Below, one piece after another: positions 1 to 9,900 of a DNA stretch of 64,000 nucleotides (positions are counted from its first letter, which is position 1; every line of letters begins with the position of its first letter). The notes beneath the pieces are model-generated. The model did no database searches and was not told the DNA's origin. It was given only the letters and a program-made list of their open reading frames with translations. Source of the stretch: a virus; the UHGV virus genome UHGV-0128973. One strand, written 5' to 3'. The translations under genes were made by a program, and so were the position numbers.

Positions 1-350
1 TCTGATTACCTGCTTTATTCACGCCCGGCAGGTCGATATTGGCACTACCATCGAATGACACTCCGCCTATTGTGCGTGCTGTTTGCAGTTTTGTTGCAGT
101 TGCAGCATTGCCGGTAGTGCTCTGATTACCTGCTTTATTCACGCCCGGCAGGTCGATATTGGCACTACCATCGAACGACACTCCGCCGATTGTGCGGGCT
201 GTTTGCAGTTTTGTTGCAGTTGCAGCATTGCCAGTAGTGCTCTGATTACCTGCTTTATTCACACCTGGCAGGTCGATATTGGCACTACCATCGAATGACA
301 CTCCGCCTATTGTGCGTGCTGTTTGCAGTTTTGTTGCAGTTGCAGCATTA
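1..350. repeat. Tandem array A of a ~120-bp (40-aa) tail-fibre repeat. It has about 3 copies and continues off the left edge.
   Basis: Positions 1-120, 121-240 and 241-350 are near-identical. They encode GNAATATKLQTARTIGGVSFDGSANIDLPGVNKAGNQSTT on the minus strand. Confidence 0.9.
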
Positions 351-3300
351 CCGTTCAAACTACCATTGATGCCGCCAGTAACAGTGAGTCCATTACCGAT
401 CGTAACAGCACCATTGGCATTGTTAATGATAAGCGGCCTTAAATTATTATAGGTTCCCAGGCTGTTACCCGAATTGGTCAACATGAAACATGTGTTTGAA
501 CCATCGTTTCGGATAAAGAATCCGTAGTTTCCGTAGGCAATGCGCAGACCATTCGCCGATTTTGAAATGATCTCACCAGTAGCCGTTAAACCGCCGTTGA
601 GATTTCCTCCGGTTATTGGTAATGCGCCGACATCCGTGGCGGTCGGTTTAATGTGCGAACTGTAAATTACATATACAGTTCCATCTGTCAGGCCTGTTGG
701 TTTATCCGCTGTATAAGATGGTGATGTATGAATCGTTACGCTGGCGTTACTGGTATAATCCCACTGAATATTAACACGTGTGGTGTAATTACCTATTTCA
801 ACATAAACATCATAGGTATCACCGGATGTATTCACCCATGCAAAATTAGTAAATCCAACCGATGTCCGTCGCCATAACGCACCAGTAAGACCTTTTGGAT
901 TCCCATTTCCCGCACGAAGAACAAGTTCAGATATACCAGCCTGCATAGGGGAGTTAACATTATATCCAGAACCACCAATCAGGCTTATGTAAACCACGGA
1001 ACTGGACTGTGGCATGGTTACAGTTGCCAGCTTGAACCATCCAGTACCACCACTAAAAGACATTGTTGTTGAGTTGATCGTGCCTATAGACCTTGGAGTT
1101 AGCTCAATGTTTTTAGAACCGTCAAACAACACCCCATTTATAGTTCTAGCGGTTTGTAACTTGGTCGCTGTCGCTGCATTACCGGTTGTGTTCTGATTAC
1201 CCGCAACGTTAACACCAGGTAAATTAATATTCGCAGTACCATCAAAGCTAACTCCGCCGATAGTTCTTGCCGTCTGTAGTTTTGTAGCGGTTGCTGCATT
1301 GCCAGTTGTATTCTGATTGCCAGTGGCATTCACACCAGGAATGGAGTCCCTTGATGTATATACCTGCGCCCACGCTGACCATGCCGCATCAGTGTTATCT
1401 CTTCGGGAGCGAATGAAAACCGGCGCATGTGCACCGCTCGTACCACTCCAGCCAATAAGCAACTCGCCTTCACCAGCAGCACTCGCACCTTTCATGTGCA
1501 ATACGTTGCCATACGTGGTCGGGTAGCTATTGTTGTACGCCTCATACATCTGCAATCCAGTAGAAGCACCTTGTGTTTTATCGGTGAGCGCAGTAACACG
1601 CCCTCTGGACGCAATTGTTGGTATCGAAATGTTCGCAGAACCATCAAACTTAACACCGTTGATTGTGCGTGCTGTTTGCAGTTTTGTTGCAGTTGCGGCA
1701 TTGCCGGTAGTGCTCTGATTACCTGCTGTATTCACGCCCGGCAGGTCGATATTGGCACTACCATCGAATGACACTCCGCCTATTGTGCGTGCTGTTTGCA
1801 GTTTTGTTGCAGTTGCAGCATTGCCGGTAGTGCTCTGATTACCTGCTTTATTCACGCCCGGCAGGTCGATATTGGCACTACCATCGAACGACACTCCGCC
1901 GATTGTGCGTGCTGTTTGCAGTTTTGTGGCGGTGGATGCATTACCTGTCAAAGATCCACTAAGAGCCACGGCACTAAGAGACTTAACACTTACATCCTGA
2001 CCCCATCCGGAAACAACAACCTGACTCCACGCTGCCCAGCTTCCATTAACAACAAAGCGAACGTATATACGTTTTGTGTCGCTGTTAATCAGCGTTTGCA
2101 TGTTCGCATAATCTGATCCCGTAGTCTTACGAATCGACTCTACACGAACCAAAAAGTTACCGCTTACGCCGTCAGGCTTATTGGTAATATTTGCACCACC
2201 TGCGACAGTTTTGCATTGATAGTATTTAACGGATCCAGCTTCTGTATTAGCAATAATCAAGTCGTTTAAATCAATAGTCCGGCCGTCAATGGCTTCCGGC
2301 TCGATGGCTCCTGCTATCCCGGCACTGAATGTGGCAGCGGCTGAAAACGCTGTCTTACCTTTGAAAGTCTGTTGAGAACTCCAGGTATTAGCTGTGCTCA
2401 ACAGGGGGATCTTTTCGCCGCTGGTTCCGATTTCTCTTAAACCAAGGTATTGGATAACAGCCAGTGTGCTTGTTTTAGCCAGGATATCGCGACCGACTGA
2501 CGTTAAATCAGTCTGGGAAACAGTGTCTGTACCGGTAAAGTACGGCAATTTATTTGCGCCTGTCGCAAGACCAGCAAGCGCGGTTAAAGTTGCATCCAGA
2601 GGCTGTTTGCCTGCCAGCGCATTTGTCATTGTTGTCGCAAAGTTCGGGTCATTGCCCAGTGCTGCTGCAAGCTCATTCAGGGTATCAAGAGCTTCAGGTG
2701 ATGAGCCGACCAATGCAGAGATAGCAGCTCTTACATAAGCGGTCGTAGCAATCTGCGTGTTATTCGTACCCTGTGCAGCGGTAGGCGCAGTAGGTATTCC
2801 CGTTAATGCAGGACTTGCTAAAGGAGCTTTAAGAGCCAGAGCATTGTTGATAGTTGTGCTGAAATTCGGGTCGTTATTGATCGCAGCAGCTATTTCTTTA
2901 AGCGTATCCAGAGTGCCAGGTGCACCGTTGATAAGTGCCGTTATAGCTGCCTTAACAAAGGCTGTATTTGCGATCTGCGTGCTGTTTGTACCTTGCGCTG
3001 CCGTCGGCGCGGTTGGCGTTCCTGTCAGACTCGGGCTTTCTATTGGCGCTTTGGTATCAGCCAGCTCTTTTACAGACTTAACGGCTTTAGGGGTAGCCGC
3101 CATTGTTTCGCTGTCGCTGTTAGTTGCGCTACTGAGCTGAACTAATCCCTTTTGTGTTGTGCTTGCATCCTGCGCCGTATACTTGCTTTTAGCCAGATCG
3201 TAGGCTTTTTTAACCGCCAGCGAACTTGCAGCGACATCACTTCTGGTACTGGTTACAGAGTCGGAAATTTCAATGCCTATCGCGAGATCGATGCGGTCGG

Positions 3301-3805
3301 ATACATCTATCATTTCCTTAGTAATAGCAGATACGCCAGCAGGGATATTCACCGTACAAACAAGCAGTTCTCCATCTCCTAACTGATATGAATCGGTATA
3401 GGTTCTGGCAACAAATTCAGCCGCATGAATATGTGACGCGGTATTAACCTGATAAGAATCTTCTCCAAGGAGGTATCTTCCCTTCAGCACAATTGCATAT
3501 TTCTTACCTGCGCTAAGTGCAAGAGAAATATCCTTACGCTGCTGAATAGTTACCTGGTAGAATTCACCAATATTCACTGACGCCGCGCCAGCGGTTTTAT
3601 CACCATCCACTGAGGTGATTAACAGGTTCATCCCACCGCCAGGCTTAGGAAAAAAACCGGCATAAAATCCAGGGTCAACAATTCCCCTGAATTTTCGGTT
3701 TAGCGCGGCTGACAGATATGGTTCGTGGTATTGCACATCAGCCACCAGAGCCAACGACTCGGGTGATGGGTAAGTAACCGATGTGACAACTGTAACGTCA
3801 TTCAT
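1..3805 (-). CDS. S: Tail fibre protein S. The N-terminus is complete; the C-terminal end lies beyond the left window edge (at least 1268 codons).
   Basis: The minus-strand frame is open from ATG 3805 (11 nt after the R stop, RBS AAGGAT) to position 1 with no stop, which explains its absence from the complete-ORF track. It begins MNDVTVVTSVTYPSPESL and carries fibre motifs ATPKAVK and GTPTAPTAAQGTN. It follows R-16 as in P1. Confidence 0.85.
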   Translation of the reverse strand, partial: MNDVTVVTSVTYPSPESLALVADVQYHEPYLSAALNRKFRGIVDPGFYAGFFPKPGGGMNLLITSVDGDKTAGAASVNIGEFYQVTIQQRKDISLALSAGKKYAIVLKGRYLLGEDSYQVNTASHIHAAEFVARTYTDSYQLGDGELLVCTVNIPAGVSAITKEMIDVSDRIDLAIGIEISDSVTSTRSDVAASSLAVKKAYDLAKSKYTAQDASTTQKGLVQLSSATNSDSETMAATPKAVKSVKELADTKAPIESPSLTGTPTAPTAAQGTNSTQIANTAFVKAAITALINGAPGTLDTLKEIAAAINNDPNFSTTINNALALKAPLASPALTGIPTAPTAAQGTNNTQIATTAYVRAAISALVGSSPEALDTLNELAAALGNDPNFATTMTNALAGKQPLDATLTALAGLATGANKLPYFTGTDTVSQTDLTSVGRDILAKTSTLAVIQYLGLREIGTSGEKIPLLSTANTWSSQQTFKGKTAFSAAATFSAGIAGAIEPEAIDGRTIDLNDLIIANTEAGSVKYYQCKTVAGGANITNKPDGVSGNFLVRVESIRKTTGSDYANMQTLINSDTKRIYVRFVVNGSWAAWSQVVVSGWGQDVSVKSLSAVALSGSLTGNASTATKLQTARTIGGVSFDGSANIDLPGVNKAGNQSTTGNAATATKLQTARTIGGVSFDGSANIDLPGVNTAGNQSTTGNAATATKLQTARTINGVKFDGSANISIPTIASRGRVTALTDKTQGASTGLQMYEAYNNSYPTTYGNVLHMKGASAAGEGELLIGWSGTSGAHAPVFIRSRRDNTDAAWSAWAQVYTSRDSIPGVNATGNQNTTGNAATATKLQTARTIGGVSFDGTANINLPGVNVAGNQNTTGNAATATKLQTARTINGVLFDGSKNIELTPRSIGTINSTTMSFSGGTGWFKLATVTMPQSSSVVYISLIGGSGYNVNSPMQAGISELVLRAGNGNPKGLTGALWRRTSVGFTNFAWVNTSGDTYDVYVEIGNYTTRVNIQWDYTSNASVTIHTSPSYTADKPTGLTDGTVYVIYSSHIKPTATDVGALPITGGNLNGGLTATGEIISKSANGLRIAYGNYGFFIRNDGSNTCFMLTNSGNSLGTYNNLRPLIINNANGAVTIGNGLTVTGGINGSLNGNAATATKLQTARTIGGVSFDGSANIDLPGVNKAGNQSTTGNAATATKLQTARTIGGVSFDGSANIDLPGVNKAGNQSTTGNAATATKLQTARTIGGVSFDGSANIDLPGVNKAGNQ
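1120..1335. repeat. Diverged array B of the same 40-aa tail-fibre repeat (2 copies).
   Basis: The minus strand encodes GNQNTTGNAATATKLQTARTIGGVSFDGTANINLPGVNVAGNQNTTGNAATATKLQTARTINGVLFDG. The protein repeat is conserved while the DNA has diverged. Confidence 0.7.
1600..1950. repeat. Tandem array C of the ~120-bp tail-fibre repeat (about 3 copies). It is near-identical in DNA to array A.
   Basis: Stretches such as gtgcgtgctgtttgcagttttgttgcagttgc...ggcaggtcgatattggcactaccatcgaa recur at 1663-1935 and match positions 1-350. Confidence 0.85.
2432..2457. other. cix/gix-like Cin/Gin-family recombination site marking the S constant/variable junction.
   Basis: The 26-bp sequence TTCTCTTAAACCAAGGTATTGGATAA resembles my recollection of the Mu gix site (TTCCTGTAAACCGAGGTTTTGGATAA). 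It lies in-frame in S about 456 codons from the start. Confidence 0.6.
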
Positions 3806-3816
3806 CAAGCATATCC

Positions 3817-4251
3817 TTATGCTGTAGTCGTGTTTATGGCCATAACTGCGGTATATGTTTTGCCCACATACAGCGAGTCTTCCTGGACACAAATAATGGC
3901 GATTGGCTTGTTCTCGTTATCCAGAACAACCAGAGTGTTGAATGGGTAGTTTTTCCCTTTCTGCAACTGGCTTTGATCAAGGTCCATTCGGACAGTAATT
4001 ATCCCGCCTGAGTAGGTTGGGACGAGGTTGATGGTGCAAAATTTACTGGTCAGTTCTGCCAGCTCGAAAGCCTTTGGCAGTTCTCCAATCTCATAAGTGC
4101 CATCTCCTTTCTTAGTAACCAGTGAACTGGTACCGAAAACGGCCTTGCTGATTAAAAATCGAGAGCCTTTGTTAATGGACGATTCAGCGCGCCGCTGATA
4201 GTAATAGTCCAACAACTGACTCTTATAGAGGTTTGTTGAGACGTCAGACAT
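3817..4251 (-). CDS. R: Tail fibre assembly/structure protein R (144 aa).
   Basis: Complete ORF directly upstream of S on the minus strand, in the P1 R position. Confidence 0.7.
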   Translation of the reverse strand: MSDVSTNLYKSQLLDYYYQRRAESSINKGSRFLISKAVFGTSSLVTKKGDGTYEIGELPKAFELAELTSKFCTINLVPTYSGGIITVRMDLDQSQLQKGKNYPFNTLVVLDNENKPIAIICVQEDSLYVGKTYTAVMAINTTTA

Positions 4252-4329
4252 GATTTTCCCTAATCAATGTTGTGAAGCCTCATTGTAAGAGAAGTAACTT
4301 GTCACCCCGCCCTGCGGACGGGGTGATTG

Positions 4330-5169
4330 TCAGGCGTCGCTATCCAGCAACAAATCATCTGCGCGTGTGCGATCAAACGTAGGTGTCGCTTTCACAATAG
4401 TGCCACCAGGCGTTGCGGTGATCGGGGCGCTAATCGACGTAACTCCAGTAAGCGAAGTTGTATCCGAAGTTTCAAACCAGCAGTACGCTTTTTCGGTATC
4501 AGAAATCTCGTTCAAAGTGATCATGTCGGCCTGTTCATTCACAACAACCGACAAATAGAGCGTAAGCCCATCAAACACTATATGCAGTGGCAGTAGAGGC
4601 TTTACGAACTGATTAAACTTTCTGAGAATTTCTTCTGTAATTGCGGACTGATCTATCGTGCCAGTAATACCCATTGTCCGGGCCAGGTCGTTTATGGGAA
4701 TACTGATCATCCCTCTGGAAGTCAGAAACATCTCACCGAATGTGCCGCCGGTAGTTTCCAGTGTGCTTTCTGGTATTAGAACTGTGCCATAGGGATGACG
4801 TTCAAGGTCCACCGGTGCATATATCGGATCCCATAAAACAGAAATACCATTAAATTCGCGGTAAATTGTCTGGTTTATAGGGCGTTCAGTCCCCTTAAAG
4901 TGAATCTCATCAAGCCGCTGTTGTAACAACATCGGAACGGAAGATGAGTTTGAGGTTCTGATAGTAAAGAACTGGCCAAGTTCATTTGTCCTGGTCTCCA
5001 GATCCTCCTTGCTCATGGAAAAAATAGACTTCCGGTTGGTAATTCGCTCCAACCATGGGTCAACAAAGGTGTCCATCATTGACTGAACCAAATCAGCCAA
5101 TGATTTATAGAGCAATGACTTTTGCTTAGCTGATGTAAGCCGATTATTAAACCAGGAACGTTGCATCAC
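4330..5169 (-). CDS. 16: Baseplate/tail protein gp16 (279 aa).
   Basis: Complete ORF whose start overlaps the bplA stop by 4 nt (translational coupling). It follows the P1 order bplA-16-R-S. Confidence 0.65.
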   Translation of the reverse strand: MMQRSWFNNRLTSAKQKSLLYKSLADLVQSMMDTFVDPWLERITNRKSIFSMSKEDLETRTNELGQFFTIRTSNSSSVPMLLQQRLDEIHFKGTERPINQTIYREFNGISVLWDPIYAPVDLERHPYGTVLIPESTLETTGGTFGEMFLTSRGMISIPINDLARTMGITGTIDQSAITEEILRKFNQFVKPLLPLHIVFDGLTLYLSVVVNEQADMITLNEISDTEKAYCWFETSDTTSLTGVTSISAPITATPGGTIVKATPTFDRTRADDLLLDSDA

Positions 5170-6599
5170 TCCTCCTCATACGAAATATTAAAGGTGGAGT
5201 TTTCTGTATCCAGATAAACGAAATCGTAAAAGCCGTTGGACTCATTCCACTCGACAAATTCCAGATAAAAGTCGCGGAAATAACCCAGCGTTTCGATAAA
5301 TGCCCAAACGTCTTTTTTCTTGATCAGGATGTACTTGCCGACACCGTTCGGATCAAAGAAATTTGAGTCGCGCCCAAATTTTGTTTCCAGTGCCGACTTC
5401 AACTCATCAGTCACGTTCTCAATAGTCAGGCTTGCCGATATCCGCCCGGTGATGGTTATCTTAAATGGTAGTTTTCTGACCTCTTTATAAGAGAATTTCT
5501 TGTTCAGTTCATTCGGTACCTTCTTAAAGGCAGTCAGGATCATTTCTTCAAGCTCTGACTGGCTTTTATTTGGATGCCATCCTGAAATAAATATCTTATT
5601 GATATTCTGAACATTATAAGCACCATCTAATTTCTCTTGCTGGCCTTCGCCCCATGCCTTTACCCAGGACAGCCCAGGGATGTTACGAACCAGAAAATAC
5701 GTATAGTCCCCGCCCCATACGACCTGATCATCATAGGCAAGGTAATATTGTGCACGGTTACGTGTGATCTCCGTTGTTTCAGCATCGGTACCTGCGGTTA
5801 TAGGTGTCGTTGTCTTAACTGAAATCAAATTAGCTAAATTAGCCGCAGAATCGACAGGCGTCAGGTTTTGGCCAGCAACCAGGGTTATATCGCCGTTGGT
5901 GCACCATACCTTAAGCGTAATTGTCGAACCTTCTGGCGGTATTTGCCCAATTAGCCCATCGCCGAATCGAACCCCCAACTGCTCGGATGGTTTATAAAAC
6001 TCAACGTAGACCTGGCTTTTACTACCGGCTAACCGGAACATAGTGCTGGAAGACCACTGCGTGGTCTTACCATCGGTCGTCACGAATACTTCCAGCTTAT
6101 AGCAGACAGCAGTAAGAGCCTTTGATAACACGACTTCCAGAAATTCTTTGGCTGCCGTAACGGTATATGTCACCTCCTGGATTTCCAACTGTGCCACTTC
6201 TACCGTACCGGTGCCGTCAACCAACCTGCATACATCCATAGTCATGTAAGGGTACTGGTCGTCAGATATTAAAGGCATGTTTTTGGGGATTACCGCTGGA
6301 GCATCTTCACTTGTGGCGGTGATCTCAATCATCCCCGATGACGGTGTTGGCTTGGTACCAACGTAACTATTCGTTTCTGCCGCTGCCAGGATAGAGGAAC
6401 GCCGCGTCGCGGTCGATATAAAGCCTTCAGCCAGCGCCGCATCGGCATACTGAAAGCACCTGTAGACAATCTGGGTAATAAACAATGTCAGCATCGAGAC
6501 AAATTGAGAGCCGACAAACTTCGACCAGAATGAATCTTTCTCGACAAGCTCTTCAAACTCTGCACGAATACTGTCTTTAGTCGGTGTTGTTTTACTCAT
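5166..6599 (-). CDS. bplA: Putative baseplate protein (477 aa).
   Basis: Complete ORF with 4-nt overlaps to both neighbours. P1 synteny pmgA-bplA-16. Confidence 0.65.
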   Translation of the reverse strand: MSKTTPTKDSIRAEFEELVEKDSFWSKFVGSQFVSMLTLFITQIVYRCFQYADAALAEGFISTATRRSSILAAAETNSYVGTKPTPSSGMIEITATSEDAPAVIPKNMPLISDDQYPYMTMDVCRLVDGTGTVEVAQLEIQEVTYTVTAAKEFLEVVLSKALTAVCYKLEVFVTTDGKTTQWSSSTMFRLAGSKSQVYVEFYKPSEQLGVRFGDGLIGQIPPEGSTITLKVWCTNGDITLVAGQNLTPVDSAANLANLISVKTTTPITAGTDAETTEITRNRAQYYLAYDDQVVWGGDYTYFLVRNIPGLSWVKAWGEGQQEKLDGAYNVQNINKIFISGWHPNKSQSELEEMILTAFKKVPNELNKKFSYKEVRKLPFKITITGRISASLTIENVTDELKSALETKFGRDSNFFDPNGVGKYILIKKKDVWAFIETLGYFRDFYLEFVEWNESNGFYDFVYLDTENSTFNISYEEE

Positions 6600-6955
6600 A
6601 GCACCACGTCCTGTGTGATAGTTATATCCCTGATACGAATGGATATTTTCAACTTATCAAAAGCATCTCCCTCGGCTACTGACAAGCCAGAAATCGGTAT
6701 GTCAGGTAAATCTACCGTCAGTTTTTGCAACAGCATTGCCTCAACCGCAATTTGAACATGCGACAAGTTGGTCGGTTCGTGTTTAAACTGCGGTAAAACA
6801 TTGCCCCATGACGGATCTCCGTATACCTCACCCTGATAAGTGTTTAGCCACTCATATAAACGAGCGCCCCAGGCCTCCTCCTGGGACTCATACGTTTTTA
6901 CGCCGGATAACTCCAGCGTCAGCAAAGGATCAATTTCGTTATTGTTGGCCATCAA
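6596..6955 (-). CDS. pmgA: Putative morphogenetic protein (119 aa).
   Basis: Complete ORF coupled to the sit stop and the bplA start. P1 synteny. Confidence 0.6.
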   Translation of the reverse strand: MMANNNEIDPLLTLELSGVKTYESQEEAWGARLYEWLNTYQGEVYGDPSWGNVLPQFKHEPTNLSHVQIAVEAMLLQKLTVDLPDIPISGLSVAEGDAFDKLKISIRIRDITITQDVVL

Positions 6956-9900
6956 TCAACTCTCGCGTAGTCATTCATCAACGGATCATCAATTGACAGT
7001 GGTACCGTGCGCATAACGCCCGGCTGAGGCGTGCTGACCTTTACGACAGTTCCCTGGCCTTTCGCCGAGTCTTTGGTGTGCTCTTCAATCCTGGCAAGCA
7101 ATGAGGTCATCTGCGCAAACAGCCGCTTCGTTTCACCATCAAGTGAAACGGTATTATCAGCCAACTGCATTGTCGGCTTGGCACCGGAACCGCCAAGGTC
7201 ACTAATAACCTGCCCGTCTATCTGCATACGACCGGTTGGTTGCTGCAAATCGTTGGCGGCAGTCGTCACCTTGGACGTGGAGGCTGGTTCAGTCGCATTA
7301 TTTTTCCGCATCCCCGGCGAGTTGCGGAGTTTATCGAATAGTCCATCAATCCCCATTTGTGCGCCGAGTTGGTCAAAGTAACTTGAGTTGCTGGCCACCG
7401 GACGCGCCTCTTCAACTGGCATCGGAGTATCAACATACACATTGCCAGCTGCTGTTGCGGTCCCCTTCCCTCGTGCACGTTCTTCGAGCGTTCCCTGAAC
7501 GACTTCCCGACGCATACCCCGGCCATTCATGAATTTGTTGACCAGATCGTTAACGCCAACAGCATTGCCGATTTTGTCTACCAGACCGCCTTTCTCAAAC
7601 GGGCTATCACCAGGGGTAAACGCCAGGCCAGTAGACTGATCGATAACAGCGTTATCAGGCAGTGGTCCCCTCACTCCATATTGCGCCCCACCCTGTGCTC
7701 CTGCTCCAGGTGTATAGATTTCACCACCTAAATAGCGAGCACGATGAGTATTGACCTTGATCGCGTACTCACGGTTTTCTTTCGATAAGTCACCTGTGCC
7801 TTTTTTCCACTTATTGATAGTGCCAAACCCAGCGTTATATGCAGTGATGGCCTCGTTTAAGTCTCCATTGGCTTGCTTCAGATACTTGCTCATGAGAAGA
7901 GCCGCAGCTTCTGCCGATTTCACAGGATCAAACGATTCACCTTCAGCTAAGCCAGTCTCTTCACGAGCAATCCCCGTGAACTGAAACATTCCCAGAGCAC
8001 CGGTTTGGGATTTTGCATACGGATTACCACCAGATTCAGTTGCAGCAATCGCGTAAAGAGTGCCTTCTGGAAGACCATATTTATTCTCTAGTTCAGCAAA
8101 ATACGGAGCCAACTTATCGAGATTTGCCTTACCTTCAGATCCAAGACTTCCGACTTTTACATCCAAGCGGCCATTGTTGTAGGTATCCGCAGCTTTCTGA
8201 ATGTCATTCCTGGTGCCAGTGGAATTAAGCGACGATGATGACGAGCTATTTTGACCAATAGCTTTATCAATTTTCTGCAACGCGCTATTGCCCGTTTCTA
8301 CGGCATTTGCATTGATAATCTGATTCGCAGTTTCTTTAACTGTTTTATTGCTATCTTTCGCCGTGTCCAGTGCCGCATTTATCACGCGGGTAACAATATT
8401 AGTCTGTTTGGCATCGGATTCAGTTTTAGAATCAGATGTCTCCTGGTGGCTATTAACCGGAGCTTTTAACTCTGGAGTGATTTCTTTCGCATTAGCCTCG
8501 CTCTTAACCGGAGCTTTTAACTCTGGAGCGATTTCTTTCGCATTAGCCTCGCTATTAACCGGAGCTTTTAACTCTGGAGTGATTTCTTTCGCATCAGCCT
8601 CGCTATTAACCGGAGCTTTTAACTCTGGAGTGATTTCTTTCGCATTAGCCTCGCCGATCGGATTGGGTATTTTTGATACAATCATTGCCGCAGGGGTATT
8701 TTTAACGGCATCAACCGCTGCATCTAATGCTTTACCAGGTAAATTTTTAACCCCATCCCAAATATTACCAGCCGCCTCTTTAATGTGTTTCCCTGGGTTC
8801 TTAATGAAATCAATTGCACTATCAATTGCATCACTGAAAACCTGTTTCAGGTTATCAACAGTAAAGAAGTCTTTGATGGCATCCAGCTTTTCAAGCAGCT
8901 TATTAGATGTATCGCTAAACCATGCTGAAACAGCATCACCAATCTTTGCTGTGTAATCTTCGAACTTGGTAGAAATGGTGTCGCCAAGGTTAGAAATATA
9001 TGTTTCTAAGTTGGTAATCCCACTATCAATGGCCTGGGCAATACTTTCCGTCGAAAATGATTGCAACATATTGCCGATATCCTCAAATCCAAGTGATTTG
9101 AGAACCTCACCAATGGCGCTGCTAATACCAGATACCAGTCCCCCCATATCAAGAACATTGGCTAACGTATAAGCGGCTTTTTGCTGGAATGATGGATCTT
9201 GTCCTGATTTAAGCCCAAACGCTCGACGTTGCGCTTCTGTATCATTCCAACCGGTTACCGCATCATAAATACCTCCAGCCACTGTGCCGACTAAGGGAAT
9301 TGCGCGTAACGCCCCTTTACCAACTGCCTTTAATCCAAGTTTACCTGCTGCCCGGGCAGCCAAATCTCCACCTTCATGGGCGATAGTCTTCTTGCCACCA
9401 CCGCGTAGCATTCCTACAAGTTTCTTTGCCCCCAGAGCGCCAAAAGCGAGTGCTCCAGCTTTTTTCAGCATGCCACGCCCCATTAACAACGACGCGACGC
9501 CACCGGCCCCCTTCCCTAACAGGCTAAATAGTTTGGACAGCAAGCCGCCCTTCTTTTTCCCGGTGTTTTTGGCTATCTGATCAAGGGCGCTGAGAATCTT
9601 GTCATTGCCCTCTTTAATTTCGCTGGTCTGCTCCTGAAGTTCCTGAACTGTCCGTTTTTGGGTGTTAACCTGAACGACATCGGCACTATTTTGCGATTTA
9701 CGCCTAAAAAAACCTTTTCTACGGCTGTTATCGTCATTGCCACGAATCACATCGGCAATAGACTTTCTGGCACCATTAAGCGATCCACCAACTTCTTTTG
9801 ATATCCCGCCAAGCTCCTTCCCTGCTGCCCACAATGGACCAGCAACGGCATAACCTAACGCATCAACGGCACGAGTCTCTGAAGGGTTACCTATGCCTTC

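Noticed and set aside
83-2116. A series of plus-strand ORFs (83-298, 1427-1771, 1796-2116 and others) encoding repeated MQFCCSCSIAGSALITCFIHARQVDIGTTIE peptides.
   Set aside because: They are the antisense reading of the 120-bp tail-fibre repeats. The minus strand carries one uninterrupted, fibre-like frame across the whole region, so these are shadow ORFs.
8453-8656. Regularly spaced direct repeats that could superficially suggest a CRISPR array. The same applies to the 120-bp repeats at 1-350 and 1600-1950.
   Set aside because: The repeats are contiguous with no unique spacers. They are in-frame inside the long sit and S ORFs and encode peptide repeats.
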